Assembly (NCBI GenBank): GCA_012026655.1
Contig: JAAILG010000130.1
Coordinates: forward strand, 1 to 64,000
Source: Hydrolagus affinis
Lineage: Eukaryota
Direction of reading: 5' to 3'
DNA length: 64,000 nt
This document shows positions 12,855-25,326 of this stretch, piece by piece. The first letter of the stretch is position 1, and each line of letters opens with the position of its first letter. The notes beneath the pieces are model-generated. The model was not told the DNA's origin. It ran no database searches and worked only from the letters and a program-made list of their open reading frames with translations. Made by a program: the position numbers and the translations under genes.

Positions 12855-13135
12855 GATGAGACGTTAAACCGATGTCCCACTTGCCTGTTCAGGTGGATGT
12901 TAAAGATATCCATGGCACTTGTTCAAAAAGAGAAAAGAGCTTCTCCCGGGTGTCTAGCCAATAATCCCCCCCAAATACAATTGGTCACTCGCTCCATGGA
13001 TGTTTGTGTGACGTTGCTGAGCGCAACTGACTGCTGTGTTTTTCCCACGAAATACACAATCAGAAAATTGCTATAGTACTGTATATCTTCTGTATATCTT
13101 CTGAAGCACTTTGAGATGTCAACGCAAGGATTATC
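12855..13135 (+). mobile_element. Deu-domain SINE (SacSINE1/AmnSINE1-like body)
   Basis: GATGAGACGTTAAACCGATGTCCCACTTGCCTGTTCAGGTGGATGTTAAAGATATCCATGGCACT matches the characteristic Deu core as recalled, followed by an L2-like tail. Confidence 0.88.
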
Positions 13136-13989
13136 AGTATCCCTTGTTTACATATTTTGGGTGGAACTTGATCACTTTATAAGGCAGTTGGCTGTCAGGG
13201 CAGCGGAACAACCTCTGAGGAGGCACAGGTAGATATCCATTGTCTCCTTTGGCAAAGACAGAAACGTCAGATCCATTCACTCCTGGGACACTTGCGGACA
13301 GAATTGGTGAACATCTGGGTTGCTTTGTCTTGAGCTCAGCTTTCCTGGCAAACCTGCTCTAGTCATTGACTACCCTCTGAGAAAGAAATAGCTCACACTT
13401 GGTGAACCAAATGGCCCTTTTCTTTGCTGTAGTTATGATTCTCTGTGGATAAATCCCTGGCTCAGTGAGTGGTCTTGTGGCATGGGGGTGATGTTGGATG
13501 GGGGGGTTGGGGAAGCGACATGGGGACTTGCCTTGTTCCACAATGACCCCTGCTGGATAATGTGAGAACATGACAATCAACCTCAACCACCATCAACACC
13601 TATTGTTGGTCAAGTACATGAAGAATGGGAAAATGGGCGCAGGAGGGGAGCGCTGGAAGTGACTGTTGGCTAATCAGAATTCCCTCAGTCTCTCTCAGAT
13701 AAAAGTCCCCCCCAGGTCAGTGTGACATACATCTAGTTAGAGCAATGTTGAAAGCGCACAACTTTAACGCAAACTAGTTAGTTTCAATGTAACCAGTCGC
13801 TATGCTTTGTTTGCCCGTCATTTATTGTGACTTGCCGAATAATGGTGCATGAATATATTCAGGCATTCACAACTCAGCCACTCGAAAACACTGGAAGTTT
13901 GCATTGGACGGGCGCTGGTACTGATTCGCAATTTTAAACCACCAATGATTTTATGTAAAACATTTTTTCTCCCTCCTAAGCTAATATAG

Positions 13990-14239
13990 TCCCGCTTGCA
14001 GTAAATAACAACCTGGTCGTTAGTCGACTGGCAGATTGCTTTCCTGAGTAATAATCCCCTAAAAAAAATGTGGACACTCAATCCACGACTGTTAGTGGGA
14101 GACTTGCGCACAATTGGCAGCCACATTTTCCTCAGAAGATACACAATCAATCCACTTTATAATATATTCTGTGAAGCTCTTTGAATCATCTCAATGACGT
14201 GATGAGGCGCTATAACAAATGCAAGGATAATTATTATTG
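13990..14239 (+). mobile_element. Long-form tRNA-SINE, 5'-truncated
   Basis: GCAGTAAATAACAACCTGGTCGTTAGTCGA central segment, then the shared 3' half and tail. Confidence 0.85.
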
Positions 14240-15307
14240 ATCTGTTTGTTGGGAGATTCTAAATAGTTTCAAGGATGGAACCATTTGCTCAGCATTTTCT
14301 ACCATGGTACCAAAGAATATTTCAGTCACAAAGAACGTAACTTAATGTCCAAGAGTTGGTGTCTCATCCTGGCGTCCGATCTGAATTCAATAGGTTTATA
14401 AACACATGGATCTTAGTGGCTGGCAGAAATGTGGAGGGATTATACGATCCCGATCCCTTTTCCTTCAGGATATCAGACTCTGTATGCGCCTCACTGCAAA
14501 TTTAATCTTTAAACTCTGACAGGGTGATAGTGAGCCGAGCTGATTAAAGTTTTCATGACTCAGGTTAATGGGGAAGCTTTCTGTGTAAGGAATAGGTGTG
14601 GACAGGGTGGGTAATGTGATATATTATCTTCCACCCCCATCCTTTCTTCATAGGAGAGAGCGAAAGAAAAACACAAATTCAATATTTATTATCACTGCGA
14701 TAGTTTGATATACAGTAATTCAAAATGAAAAAGAAACGAAACGAGTCATTGTCAAAATGTGTCATTGAGATAGGTACATTTAAATCGTCTAAAATAGGGA
14801 CCAAATTAGCTATCATTAATGAAACGTGATTAAGGAGTAGGAAGGATTATCTTAATCTCTATTAAATACATGAGATGGAGAAATCCTTTAAGTATAAATG
14901 ACAACTGGAAATATCAATGAATATGTTATTACATGAATGTTTTTTGAGATGAAAAAGAACCGTAATAGACTGGGCAGAATTATATTCTAAAACCAGATGA
15001 AATGATATGTTTCGGCTAAGAAGGTTCCGACATTTTATGTGAGATCCTTGTAGTAATAGTTGAGAGGGAAAAAAATCCTGCTCGCTCCATTTTATACGGG
15101 GCATAAAGTCAAAATGAGACCTTTTTATTATCCAGCAAATGTCACTTAAAACAGCATGAAACATTCCATCAATTTCATATTGCTCTGTGACTGGCAACTA
15201 AAGGACTGTGTGTGTGTGTGTTTGTGTGTTTCACCGCCTCTATTCACAGTGAAACTTTGTCTAAGCACTGTTGTTTTTTTGTTCTCGTATAATAATGAGC
15301 TTTTATA

Positions 15308-15410
15308 ACAATGATCCTTGTATTTTATATAGCACATTATAACGTCGTTGAAACGTCTGAAAGTCTTTATAGGAATTTAGCGTGAAGTGGTTGTGTATAT
15401 GTAGGCAAAT
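15308..15410 (-). mobile_element. SINE tail fragment
   Basis: ATCCTTGTATTTTATATAGCAC...GAAACGTCTGAAAG. Confidence 0.65.
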
Positions 15411-15549
15411 TATGCTTTAGGTTCAAACTGCTCCCATGCCTGTCTCTATGTCTCTTACTTTTATCTAGCCATGCTGTTCCCCTGTGAAATCACAAGATCA
15501 CTCCTGTTCACATTGGTTGGAATGGTAGAACTTCAAATCCTATCATTCC

Positions 15550-15765
15550 AACCACTTTTTGGAACTCCGTCCCACCATCCCTTCGCCTTGCGCACACCCT
15601 TGCCTCCTTTTCAAGACCCTCCTTTTCGACTGTGTCTTCGGTCGCCCTCCTACCTCTCTGCCCTTCCTCACCCCAACACTCAGGTCGTTCCCCGACAGTT
15701 CAGCGCCTTGGGACGTCCTCCCAACGTGAATGGTGCTCTACAAATGTAATTTTTTTTTGTTATTG
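15550..15765 (+). mobile_element. L2-clade LINE 3' end
   Basis: WNSVPPSLRLA-like coding remnant, then AGCGCCTTGGGACGTCCTCCCAACGTGAATGGTGCTCTACAAATGTAATTTT..GTTATTG tail. Confidence 0.85.
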
Positions 15766-16039
15766 CTTAAGGCTGTCATCACACCAAATTCCACATGAAT
15801 TTGATCAGGAACACATATGCGTCTACCAACAACAGCAACAACAAAATTACACTACCAGAATACAGTAATGAGGTTATGCACATGCATGCATGTTTACCAG
15901 ACTAGGATATTGAGGCCATGTGTGCGTGTGTGTGTGCGCGTGTGTGTGTACCAAAATAGGGTATCCCACAACACAATGACATTGGAGGAGTCAGATCACA
16001 AGTGACAAAGGTGGAGTAGCACATCACCTACAAGCCCAA

Positions 16040-16181
16040 AACAAACAAAAAAATTGCTGGGGAAACTCAGCAGGTCAAACAGCATCCATGAAGAAAGGAA
16101 AAAGAGTCAACGTTTCGGGTCTACAACCCTTCGTCAGGACGATTCAGATTCCCAGCATCTATAGTATTTTGTGTTTCGTTT
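16040..16181. mobile_element. Short Penelope-like-element terminal insertion with internal inversion
   Basis: Flanked by a perfect 14-bp direct repeat ACCTACAAGCCCAA (16026-16039, 16182-16195). Contains TGCTGG..AACTCAGCAGGTCA..CAGCATC..AACGTTTCGGGTC, recalled as typical of shark Penelope termini. Confidence 0.8.
16106..16140 (-). ncRNA. Minimal type I hammerhead ribozyme motif
   Basis: Minus strand reads GTC-CTGACGA-A-GGGT-TGTAG-ACCC-GAAA-CGTT-GAC: core CUGANGA and GAAA, stem II GGGU/ACCC, stem I GUC/GAC, palindromic ACGU stem III and a GUU cleavage triplet. Confidence 0.65.
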
Positions 16182-17797
16182 ACCTACAAGCCCAATCCTG
16201 GCAATCTGTCTTGGTGGATTTGATCATCGAGAATGATGCTGGGGGAGGTGTCTGACATGTACACCCGGCTCCATCCAATGTGCTAAATGTACAACGGACT
16301 TGTTAAATTGATCCCCCCAAATCCCTTGATTTACATCAGTTTCAGTTTCAGAGGGTCAAGACACTGAGTCCTTGCTCCAAGACTCACATACTGAAAGTAC
16401 ATCTCCTTTGATCCATATCCCAACACTGGTAATTACCTCCTGATTGTAATATCACTGATCTTCAGAAAACTGCATGCAGTTATGTATTGGTTAAACGTGA
16501 AGTCCACAGGAGTGTTCTTTGGTTGTTGATGTGTCTTTGGCTTCCTCCGAATGTTTACATTGTAACCCGAAGCCTCTTTGTGTGTTCTAAGCATGTAACC
16601 CATTCAGCCACCTGTCAGCCTCACAAATGGACTGTGTAAATATAACTGCCTGTCTAGAGTCTTTATTTTTGCCCTTATCAATCTGGCCATTTTCCTGGTT
16701 GGTACAGTGACTTCTGCAACCATGTTAATGTCCATATATTTTAAGAGAGAGAGAGAGAGAGGTCAGTGATGTCGGCACTTGCAATAAATTCAGTCTTGTT
16801 GGCGTCATGACTTTCTACTTTTTAATTAAAGTCCATTGTATATCTTGTTGGTACATATGTAAGACAAAGTACCATCAAAGAACCCTGGGTTCATCGTAAG
16901 ACCACATCATAGCAGGACAAGACTATAGCGTTTAAAGTTTATGACAGGTGCACCTCGGGGTGTCAGGTCACCTCAGGGTGGTCTAAGGGAAGGCAGCACT
17001 GAGCCCATCCTGTCCATGGACCCTTTTATCTATCAGGGATGGGAAGGACCCTAGGTTAGGAAGAGTTTCAACACTGATTAGAAACAGTGCACTTCAAGGC
17101 TCTCTGGTTTCAGTGCTGCCCAGCATGGAGGCTGTCGCTACGCTCCCTGCCAACAGAACATCTGGGCAACAGAAAGGAACTTCATTGGTAATGTCACAGA
17201 GCCCTGGGCTGTCAATGTAATTCTCAAGAAGTGTAGACCAAGAATGTTCAAATCATCAGGTCAAAGATGCTTCAAAGGAGCACAGGGTGACAGATGTAAA
17301 AAAGTTAGGATGCATGTTGGGATGGAAATTGGGGGCAGTTTTTTTTGGCTTTCCTGATGTGTAGGACTGGAAAGTATATAAACAGTATATAAACAAAAAA
17401 GCCTCAAATCTCACCCCCTCTTAAGCTTGCAAAACATTTTGACTCTAAAATGTAAGATTCTAAAAAGATGCTTTTCCTCACTATTAATTTGGCAATCAGT
17501 ATTTTTTTTTTAAAAACTGCTGAATTGTGTCTGAATTAAGTTTTTTTTGACAAATCTCTGCATGATCTTAGATCTTGAGGCAAAGTGGTCTTGCAAACTA
17601 AGACTAAGTAGAATTTGGGTTTCAGATATCTTTTCTGACACTTGGAAAAAGGACTTATCTTCATTGTCTGTAGAAGATATTTAAAAACTACAGTACCAAC
17701 AATGGTGGTGGTCAGTTTTCACTTGGAGCTTGATTTGACTGTCATTATGCAGAGATATTCCAGGTAAACCTTAATTGCGTGCATTGTATGTTTCTCC

Positions 17798-17862
17798 ATA
17801 AGCGCCTTGGGACGTCCTTCCGACGTGAAAGGCACTATACAAATGTAATTTTGTTGTTGTTG
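17798..17862 (+). mobile_element. L2 3' tail
   Basis: AAGCGCCTTGGGACGTCCTTCCGACGTGAAAGGCACTATACAAATGTAATTTT(GTT)n. Confidence 0.85.
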
Positions 17863-19884
17863 TTTATCTTTCCTGCTACAAGACACTACTTCACCTGAAG
17901 GACCTCAAATAAATGCAAGTTGATGTATCCAGCCAGTAGGGTTTCAGTGCCAGTAGTCCCCCACGTACACACGGACATTCACTTCCGAATGAATTGAAAA
18001 ATTGTCCGAACCATTGTGCGATACCTAAATTTTAAGATCAACTGCCCTGAAGACTGGATGAAATTTCCACCTTTCAAGGAGCCAAAGGCCTTTTTCAGAC
18101 CCTAGCATCTAAGATGGATTTCTATTTTGAATTTGTGTCTTGCATTTAGCGCGATTGATTCCGACCTCATGACTTCTTTAATTGTGGCCGGCCCCCAGCC
18201 ACCCACCCCACCTCCACCACCACACACTTAATCTCTCTTCTCCCTCACTTCCACCCCACTCCCCCTCCCACCCATCCCTTACGCACGTAATCCTCCTCTT
18301 CCTGCATTTGAATTCAAGAGTCAGTGAAGTGGGAGATAGTCTCCACAATAAAATAAAACATACAGACGACAGCATATAACTGAAGAGCCTGCTTTGCTGA
18401 AAATAACACATGCTCCCCTACCCCCTCCCCCCACCTGCCCGTTACATCTGATGCTGTGACCTTGCCCACTATGTCGGAAGACTGTTCTGTTCCAAGGGGA
18501 GATTGTCTTTATGCTGAGTGTCTTCTTTTTTGAAGAAAAAAACACAGCAAGCGACCCTGAAACGCATACATTAAACATGAATATTAATAGTATACAATTC
18601 AGGATGTTTCCTAATGATTCACCTGCAGATTAGAAAATAAGACAACTTGTGGTAATAAAGGCAGGTCTGCCTTATGTGGCCAGTGGAAGACCAGCAGAGA
18701 TGATTTTAAAAGGAATGTGGAACACCAATCCTGCGCGGCTGTTTCTGCATAATAAACTGGCTCAATAATGCAATCAGATGATTAAAAGAACATTACCTGA
18801 GCCTTAGAGAGCGACTGAACGAGCTGTACTAAATTGGATGATTTCTGGTTGGTGATGAATTGAACTTCCAAACCATATTTTAGCATGCTTTGTTTTTCTG
18901 TCCCTAGTCATCTCGTATTATTAAAGAGAAATTCCGTATATCTCTCCTGGAGTCCAATTAAGGATTTGCATCATGACTAGATTTTTCACTTTAATTACTG
19001 TATACGAAGTAGGTTTTGACTTATTTCCTTATTTATCAAACTCTGCAGAAGAAACAGAATTCATCAAATAAACAGATATCTCTGGCTGTAATTGCAGCAC
19101 AAACTGGATGTGCAGAAAGAATATACGAGCCTCCAAATTTCATTACACAGAGCATAATAAATATCTGAATAATTAAAATGTACATAAATCACAGAAGTGA
19201 CAGTAATAAGAAAAGACAACTTTGATTGATTGACACAATAGAGCTTCTCACTTTATCCAAAGAACATCTAGATTTTGTTTAACATTGAGTTTGGATGACA
19301 AAATGCTTGCGTGACCGTTCTTTCTCCAAGTTGCCAAACTATATATAGCACAAATTTAATTCCAGGACAAAGCAAAGAGCACATTAGAGTTTGAAGAAGC
19401 ATTTGTTACCTTCTTGAGTAAGCTTGGTTCACCATCATTTCAAACCCTTCAAGGTGCTACTAAGTGGTGCTGGAACCATTTGTCTAATGTCAACACAACT
19501 TCCTGGGCAAATATCCTGGGCATCATTTCTCAGGGAGACTGGAAAGGATCGACTGCCAGAATGTTGTGTGTGTGTCTGTGTATCTGCTTGTCTTATGTGT
19601 GCATGTATATTTATGCATCAACGTCTATTTGTGTGTGCTGCGGTTTCTGTGAGCGTCTGTGTGTGTGTGTAAAGGAGGCAAGAGTTTAGAAGGGCTGTGT
19701 GTGGGGGGAGGGGGCACAGGATTGAGAGGGCTGTATTTGAGTATGTGTGTACATGTGTGTGGGGAGGGGAGATTGGGAGGGAAGGGAGTATGTGTATGTA
19801 TGGGGAGTGGACAAGAGATTAGGGGGGCAGTGTATATGTTCGGCTGAGGTACCCTCCTGTGTATTTCAGTAGGATGTCCTCCTG

Positions 19885-20060
19885 GTGAAGGGATTGTGGG
19901 ATGGAGTTCCAGAGTGTGAGGGCAGAGAGGCTGAAAGCCCATCCACCGATGGTAGGGCGGGTTGTGTGGGGCCCATGGAGCTGGACGGAGGGGGTGGGCA
20001 GATTCATAGGGGGCCTGCAGGAGAGATAGGAGGGGGCAAGGCCGTGAATGGTCTTATATT
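19885..20060 (-). mobile_element. L2 ORF2 C-terminal fragment
   Basis: Translation gives HGLAPSYLS...RPTIGGWAFSLSALTLWNSIPQSL. Confidence 0.85.
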
Positions 20061-20271
20061 ATATGGCATTATATCAGAAGATTGGTTTGGATGAAGAAGG
20101 CCCTTTGGTACATCTTTGGTACATCTGACCTCAATCTTTCAGACTCCACCCACACCACTATCTGTCCTGAAATTATCTTTTACAGCCTTGAAACCATCTC
20201 ATCTTGTACTGTTGCTGTGGAAAGTTCTGCTTTTTAAAAAAAAAAATCCCATTCAAATCATATATGTGTAA

Positions 20272-20426
20272 CAATAATAATCCTGACGTTTGATATAGCG
20301 CTTTCATGTCTTCTAGACGTTTCAAAGCGCTTCATAGAATATACTGTGAAGTGAATTGACTGTATTAATTGGGGGCGAAATGTGGTAGCCAATTGTGCAC
20401 AGCGGTGTCCCCACAAACAGTTGTGG
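20272..20426 (-). mobile_element. tRNA-SINE 3' half
   Basis: Close match to the dominant SINE 3' half. Confidence 0.9.
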
Positions 20427-20776
20427 CAGTGTCAAGCAAATGGCCCACAGACACCCAGTGTCCAGCACACTGTGTGTGCACAGGTTTGCGTTGGAGCGGG
20501 TTGTTGGTAGCGCATGAGGGAGGTTGTACTTGACAGGGGAATTTTGTGGTGGATTCCACAGAAAAAGCGCAGCTGCATTTTTCTATTGGTCCAACTCAAA
20601 GCTCACTCCCCTAATACCAGGATTCATCTTTGTTGCTCTCTCTCCTCTGCGTTACCTCTAGTACTTTGACAGACCCCTCTACACTGTGGAAACCAGAACA
20701 ATATTCAGCACTCACTATAGTTATAGATTAACCAGAGAACTGTATAGCTTAAGCAATTTATTGCTCCTCACACCTG

Positions 20777-20885
20777 ATAATAATTCCTCAAAGAAACAAT
20801 AATAAATTGTTCATTTCAATCCACGACTGTTTGTGGGACACTGCTGTGCGCAATTGCGCTATATCAAATGCAGGGATTATTATTA
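20777..20885 (+). mobile_element. Internally deleted SINE fragment
   Basis: GCTGTGCGCAATTG is joined directly to CGCTATATCAAATGCAGGGATTATTATTA, skipping roughly 90 bp of the consensus. Confidence 0.85.
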
Positions 20886-22348
20886 CAGTATCATTGTTAT
20901 TAATATTATTATTAAGGAGATCTGAACTCAATTGGTTTGGTAATATAGTCCAGCATTCTATTTTATATCTGACATCCTCCACTTCATATGGACATTTCAT
21001 ATCTGATGCTCTCTGTTTCATATCTCCTATATCTGACACCCTGTTTCCCTGCCTTATATCTTGTTTCGCACAGACAATCTGTGCATTGGCAGATTTACAG
21101 CCACAATCTGCTGTGGGGACCATTTGTATTTCTCGATTTGTTTTAAAATGAAGACCAATTTCTGTCTGCAAGCTTGCCATTACTCTCCCGTTCTCTCTCT
21201 CTCTCTCCCTCTCTCCTCTATTTACCAATACTGTAACCTGCAAAACAATTTACCATGCAACGCTGGCCTGCTTTAAATTCTCAAATGTAATTTTTCAGTC
21301 TTGCAATTAGAGATAATGGCTTGGTGCTTGCTGGTCCCTGCTAACCTCCTTTGAATAAATGAATACAGAAGAACGTAAGCACTGGGACAATTCTGGGATT
21401 TTAAAAAGGTGGGAATTGAACCAGTTGATGTGTTTTTTTAAAAAAATCAGACTGTGTAGATCATCAAAAGGAATATCAAGCCTTTGTACAAATAGCACCG
21501 GAAGATGTGTTTTCAATGGCTATTTTTTTGGGGGGGGGGGTAGTGGGGGGTTAATTGCAATGACTGCAGCTGGTGCTGACTGTTCTGAGAAAAGATGGTA
21601 AAAGCTTTAATGGATGTTTTGAGCCGCTAATTGGTCAGTGTAGCGTTCGCTCTGTTGTCTCTGTGATCACCATTACCAGAAGCATTCTCCAAGTCATCTT
21701 ATAGCTTCTGACACGGGGCCAGATATCCGCACTAATAATACACCGTTAGCTGCCATTAATGTGATGCACTGCTGTCCCGTATAATAGTGTCAATGCTATC
21801 AAGCAGGTCCGGCGATTGTAGCAGCACAGCAAAGTACAAGACTGTCAGTGCAAAATGTCGATGGCTCTGATCCAGATCCCATTACTCATTCCTGCTCCCA
21901 GAGCGAGCAAAAGCAAACCGCAAAACATCAACAAATAGGAATTTTGTGACCACATCTGTGAGGCTTTCAGAACAAGGTAAAACCGAGAGCTTAACAGTGA
22001 GGCTGACTGGTTTGAAACCAACAGCGATCCCATTCATTGGTGTCAACAGATCAGTATTTGAACTGGTCTTAGCCTACAAGAGCACTTAAGGCTGTGTCAA
22101 CGTGTGGGAAAATTCCCATTCAGTCTTCATTCAGAAGCTGATCCTTTTTAGGAATGTTTGGAGAAAAAGAGCTTCGAATTTATTCAGAATTTTAAGATAA
22201 AATGGTCCTGCAGAGTGAAAGGAGATGATATTTCCAGAAGGCAGTGTCAAAGGCTTTCAGACCATCCTAATGGCGTGAAAGATGCATGTCGTATTGTATT
22301 TCAGGCTTCAGTGTCTAACATTGAGATAGTGATTAATAATAATAAATT

Positions 22349-22524
22349 ATAATAATCCTTGCATTTGATATAGCACTTTTCACATCTTCTAGACGTCTCA
22401 AAGCGCCTCACAGAATACACTGTAAAGTGAATTAACTGCATATTTGTGGGTGAAACGTGGCAGCCATTTTCACACAGCAGTGTCCCACAAGCAATCGTGA
22501 ATTGAGTGATCAAATTATTATTGG
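22349..22524 (-). mobile_element. tRNA-SINE 3' half
   Basis: Close match to the dominant SINE. Confidence 0.9.
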
Positions 22525-22527
22525 TTT

Positions 22528-22677
22528 TCTCTGGATTCTGGAACGGTTCCCATTGATTGGATGATTGCAAATGACACACCAGTATTTAAAAATGGTGGGA
22601 GAGAGAAGATAGGGAACTGCAGACCAGTTAGTCTGACATCAGTGGAAGGGAAAATTCTAGAATCCTTAATTAAGGAC
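22528..22677 (+). mobile_element. CR1 reverse transcriptase N-terminal fragment
   Basis: Translation gives SLDSGTVPIDWMIANDTPVFKNGGREKIGNCRPVSLTSVEGKILESLIKD. Confidence 0.92.
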
Positions 22678-22829
22678 GGACTATTTCAGAACCTGGCAGA
22701 TTGCTGAATTCAGTTTTAATTTTGAAACCAGTTTTCGGTAGTTCTCAATAGAAACTGACGTAAAAAAATGAACGTTTCACCATTAAAGTCTGTTTTTGAG
22801 AATTTGACAAATTCTGCATGTTCTGAAAT

Positions 22830-22930
22830 GATAATAATCCTTGCATTCGATACATCACCTTGTGTCGCTGAGCTGCCTCAATGTGCTTCACCGGAAATAT
22901 CGTCAAGTGTACATTTTTGTGGCTGAAACA
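22830..22930 (-). mobile_element. SINE tail fragment
   Basis: ATAATAATCCTTGCATTCGATAC...GCTTCAC..TTTGTGGCTGAAAC. Confidence 0.7.
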
Positions 22931-23261
22931 CAACACGAATAGAGTAAATATGGTGGATTTCCTCCCACAAAGAATCACCAAGCATGCAGCATATACCAAC
23001 CTACTGAAAGCCTATGTGAGTCATGCTCTCCACTTAAGTTCATTTAATACATTCAATAAAAAATCCTGTAAGGTTTGTTCTTCACAAGCAGCATGCTGTT
23101 TTTCATAATGAATCTTTCGGCTCCTATAACAAGAAAACGGTTATGAACACAGCAGTCGTATCCCATGAATGCTGTACAAGGGATTTGTTGAAATGTCCAC
23201 AATTTGTTATTCGGCATTCTGCACTAATATACTAATAACAATGCTTTACTTTGAGTGTTAC

Positions 23262-23441
23262 TCTAGGCTGACACTCCAGCAAGGTGCTGCTGTTCAGGTG
23301 GACATTGTATATTCCAGGTCACTATTGGAAAAGAGAAGGGAGTTTCTCCCTGTATCCTTGCCAGTAATCCACCAAATAAAATTAGTCATTCATCTCACGG
23401 CTGTTTGCGGGACAATGCTGAATTAGCTGCCACAATTTCCT
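23262..23441 (+). mobile_element. Deu-domain SINE fragment
   Basis: TCTAGGCTGACACTCCAG..CTGTTCAGGTGGAC..GAAAAGAGAAGGGAGTTTCTCC..GGCTGTTTGCGGGAC. Confidence 0.8.
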
Positions 23442-23756
23442 AAAATGACTCAGTCACCCCACTGTATAGGAACATTGAGGAGGGTAAAAAGTGATGTTAA
23501 GGAAGTGATAAACAGGCTTGTGTTGCAGGTGAGATTGCATCAATCAATGGTGTTCAAATTGGGGATCAAAAAAAGAGATGGAGATGTAAATATACTGAGC
23601 AGCTGCTTCGCGGAGAAAGTGTGCCTGGGAGAGTGAAGTAGCTGAGGACCTCATTGATTTATTGACCATCCCGCTATCTGCATAACTGACTGACTGACTG
23701 ACTAACCAGGCATTCCATATTAATAATTTTTAATATGTAGATATATTTTTCTGCTT

Positions 23757-23860
23757 TATAATAATCCCTACATTTGATGTAGTGACTTATCAAGTCATTG
23801 AGACGTCTCAAAGTGCCTCACAGGATATATTGGGTTGACTGTGTATTTTGTGGGCAAAAC
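23757..23860 (-). mobile_element. SINE tail fragment
   Basis: ATAATAATCCC..CATTTGAT..GAGACGTCTCAAAGTGCCTCACAGG. Confidence 0.75.
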
Positions 23861-25235
23861 CTAGCTTTTGTGGTTCTGCTTGATAACAATACATGCAATA
23901 CGTTTTTACTCATTAAAGCTGGGCGTAAGTCACCTTTGATGGATTTGCTAATAAATCAGAAGTGGATTTGTTTAGTGTTTCTAAAGAATATTTACCAATA
24001 ATGTGTGTTTGTTGGCGCCAACGCAAAGGCAGAAGTTAAATGACGAGACGCCTTCAACAACAAACCCTCTGAGGTCTCTAATTCAACACTTTACACACGA
24101 GAAAGGCTTTGAATACAGGAGTGTGCTCACTCTCTAATACTGAAGACCAGCATTTGGTTTCTGCATTGGTCTCTAAGTCCTGGGCAGCCCCTTCTGGAAG
24201 AAACCCTGCAAGTTCCCAGTGGGCACAATGCATGATGCATTTGGACATAGATTATGAAGCCAATTTTCTCAGTCCCTGGAGATGTCTCTTGAAGGGAAGC
24301 TCTTGGAATCCTATCGGAAACTCTATAAACAGCCTGATGTGTGCGCCTTTGTGTTTGCAGTCAGCACTCGCTGATGGTCAAAGGGTTGGTGTCTGGCACT
24401 TGTACATGTGTGGATCTGTGTGTTGATACAGCACTATGGGTGGGACTTAATGAACAGAGAGGTTTGATCATTCATCCTTCAGCGCTCCCTGCTCCTGTCT
24501 TCCCACATCGGGTCACGTGGTTTATCCTGGGAGCTTTGCTGGAACTATCTGACCAAGGCTGGGATTCCAAACAGAACTGGCATTGTGCTCCTTTGCTTCA
24601 GCGATTAAAAAAAACTGCTAATTTGTGCAAGTTTATCTCGCCTTCTCACTGTCAGCTGTAAAACAGCTTCCCACTGCCTCTCCATTAAAGGATCTACACG
24701 GGCCTTACAGTAACAGTGTCATTCTCTGAATGGTTGGTGCATAAAGGCTCCTGTTTTATAAGTGGTCCACAGGACACTGCACAGCTAGAAAGCCAAGCTT
24801 CTATTTCTGCTGCAGGCTTGTGCAGTTGTATCACTAATTTGAGACGTAAGGACAGTGCCACTCCTTACCCCCTCCCCGTGCGATCCACACTCAATCCTAC
24901 TGCAGTTTCTCAGACCAATTGCACTGCATTGCCGCTGTAACATACTGCAGTCTGCTTCACAGTGGTGGCAGCGTGGTCGTTATACCTGGGGGGTGATTGG
25001 CATGATCCTCACACTTGGCAGATGGTGGCTAGTGAATAAGGTGGTACAAAGTAATACAGAGTACTGGAGAAAATTGAAAGGAAGGAGTTTTGTGCTGTAA
25101 CAAGTTTACACCACAATACAATACGGTCTTTTGCTTAGGTTGAACGTCTCAGAACGCTTTCTGGATCTAAGTAATAATAATCCTTGAATTTGAATCCTTG
25201 CCTCATCACCTCTAACGATACAACCTCCCCCCACC

Positions 25236-25326
25236 ACTGCAATGGAGGGCCAGCTTAGATGATGTGATTCCAAGTCCTGACAACCTGCTGACTCAGAGGC
25301 AAATGTGCTACCACTGAGATAGGCTG
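25236..25326 (-). mobile_element. Deu-SINE tRNA-like head fragment
   Basis: CAACCTGCTGACTCAGAGGCAAATGTGCTACCACTGAG is the reverse of the head at 48292. Confidence 0.7.

Noticed and set aside
20788-21243. 151-aa minus-strand ORF
   Set aside because: It spans a (GA)n tract, a decayed minisatellite and a SINE fragment.
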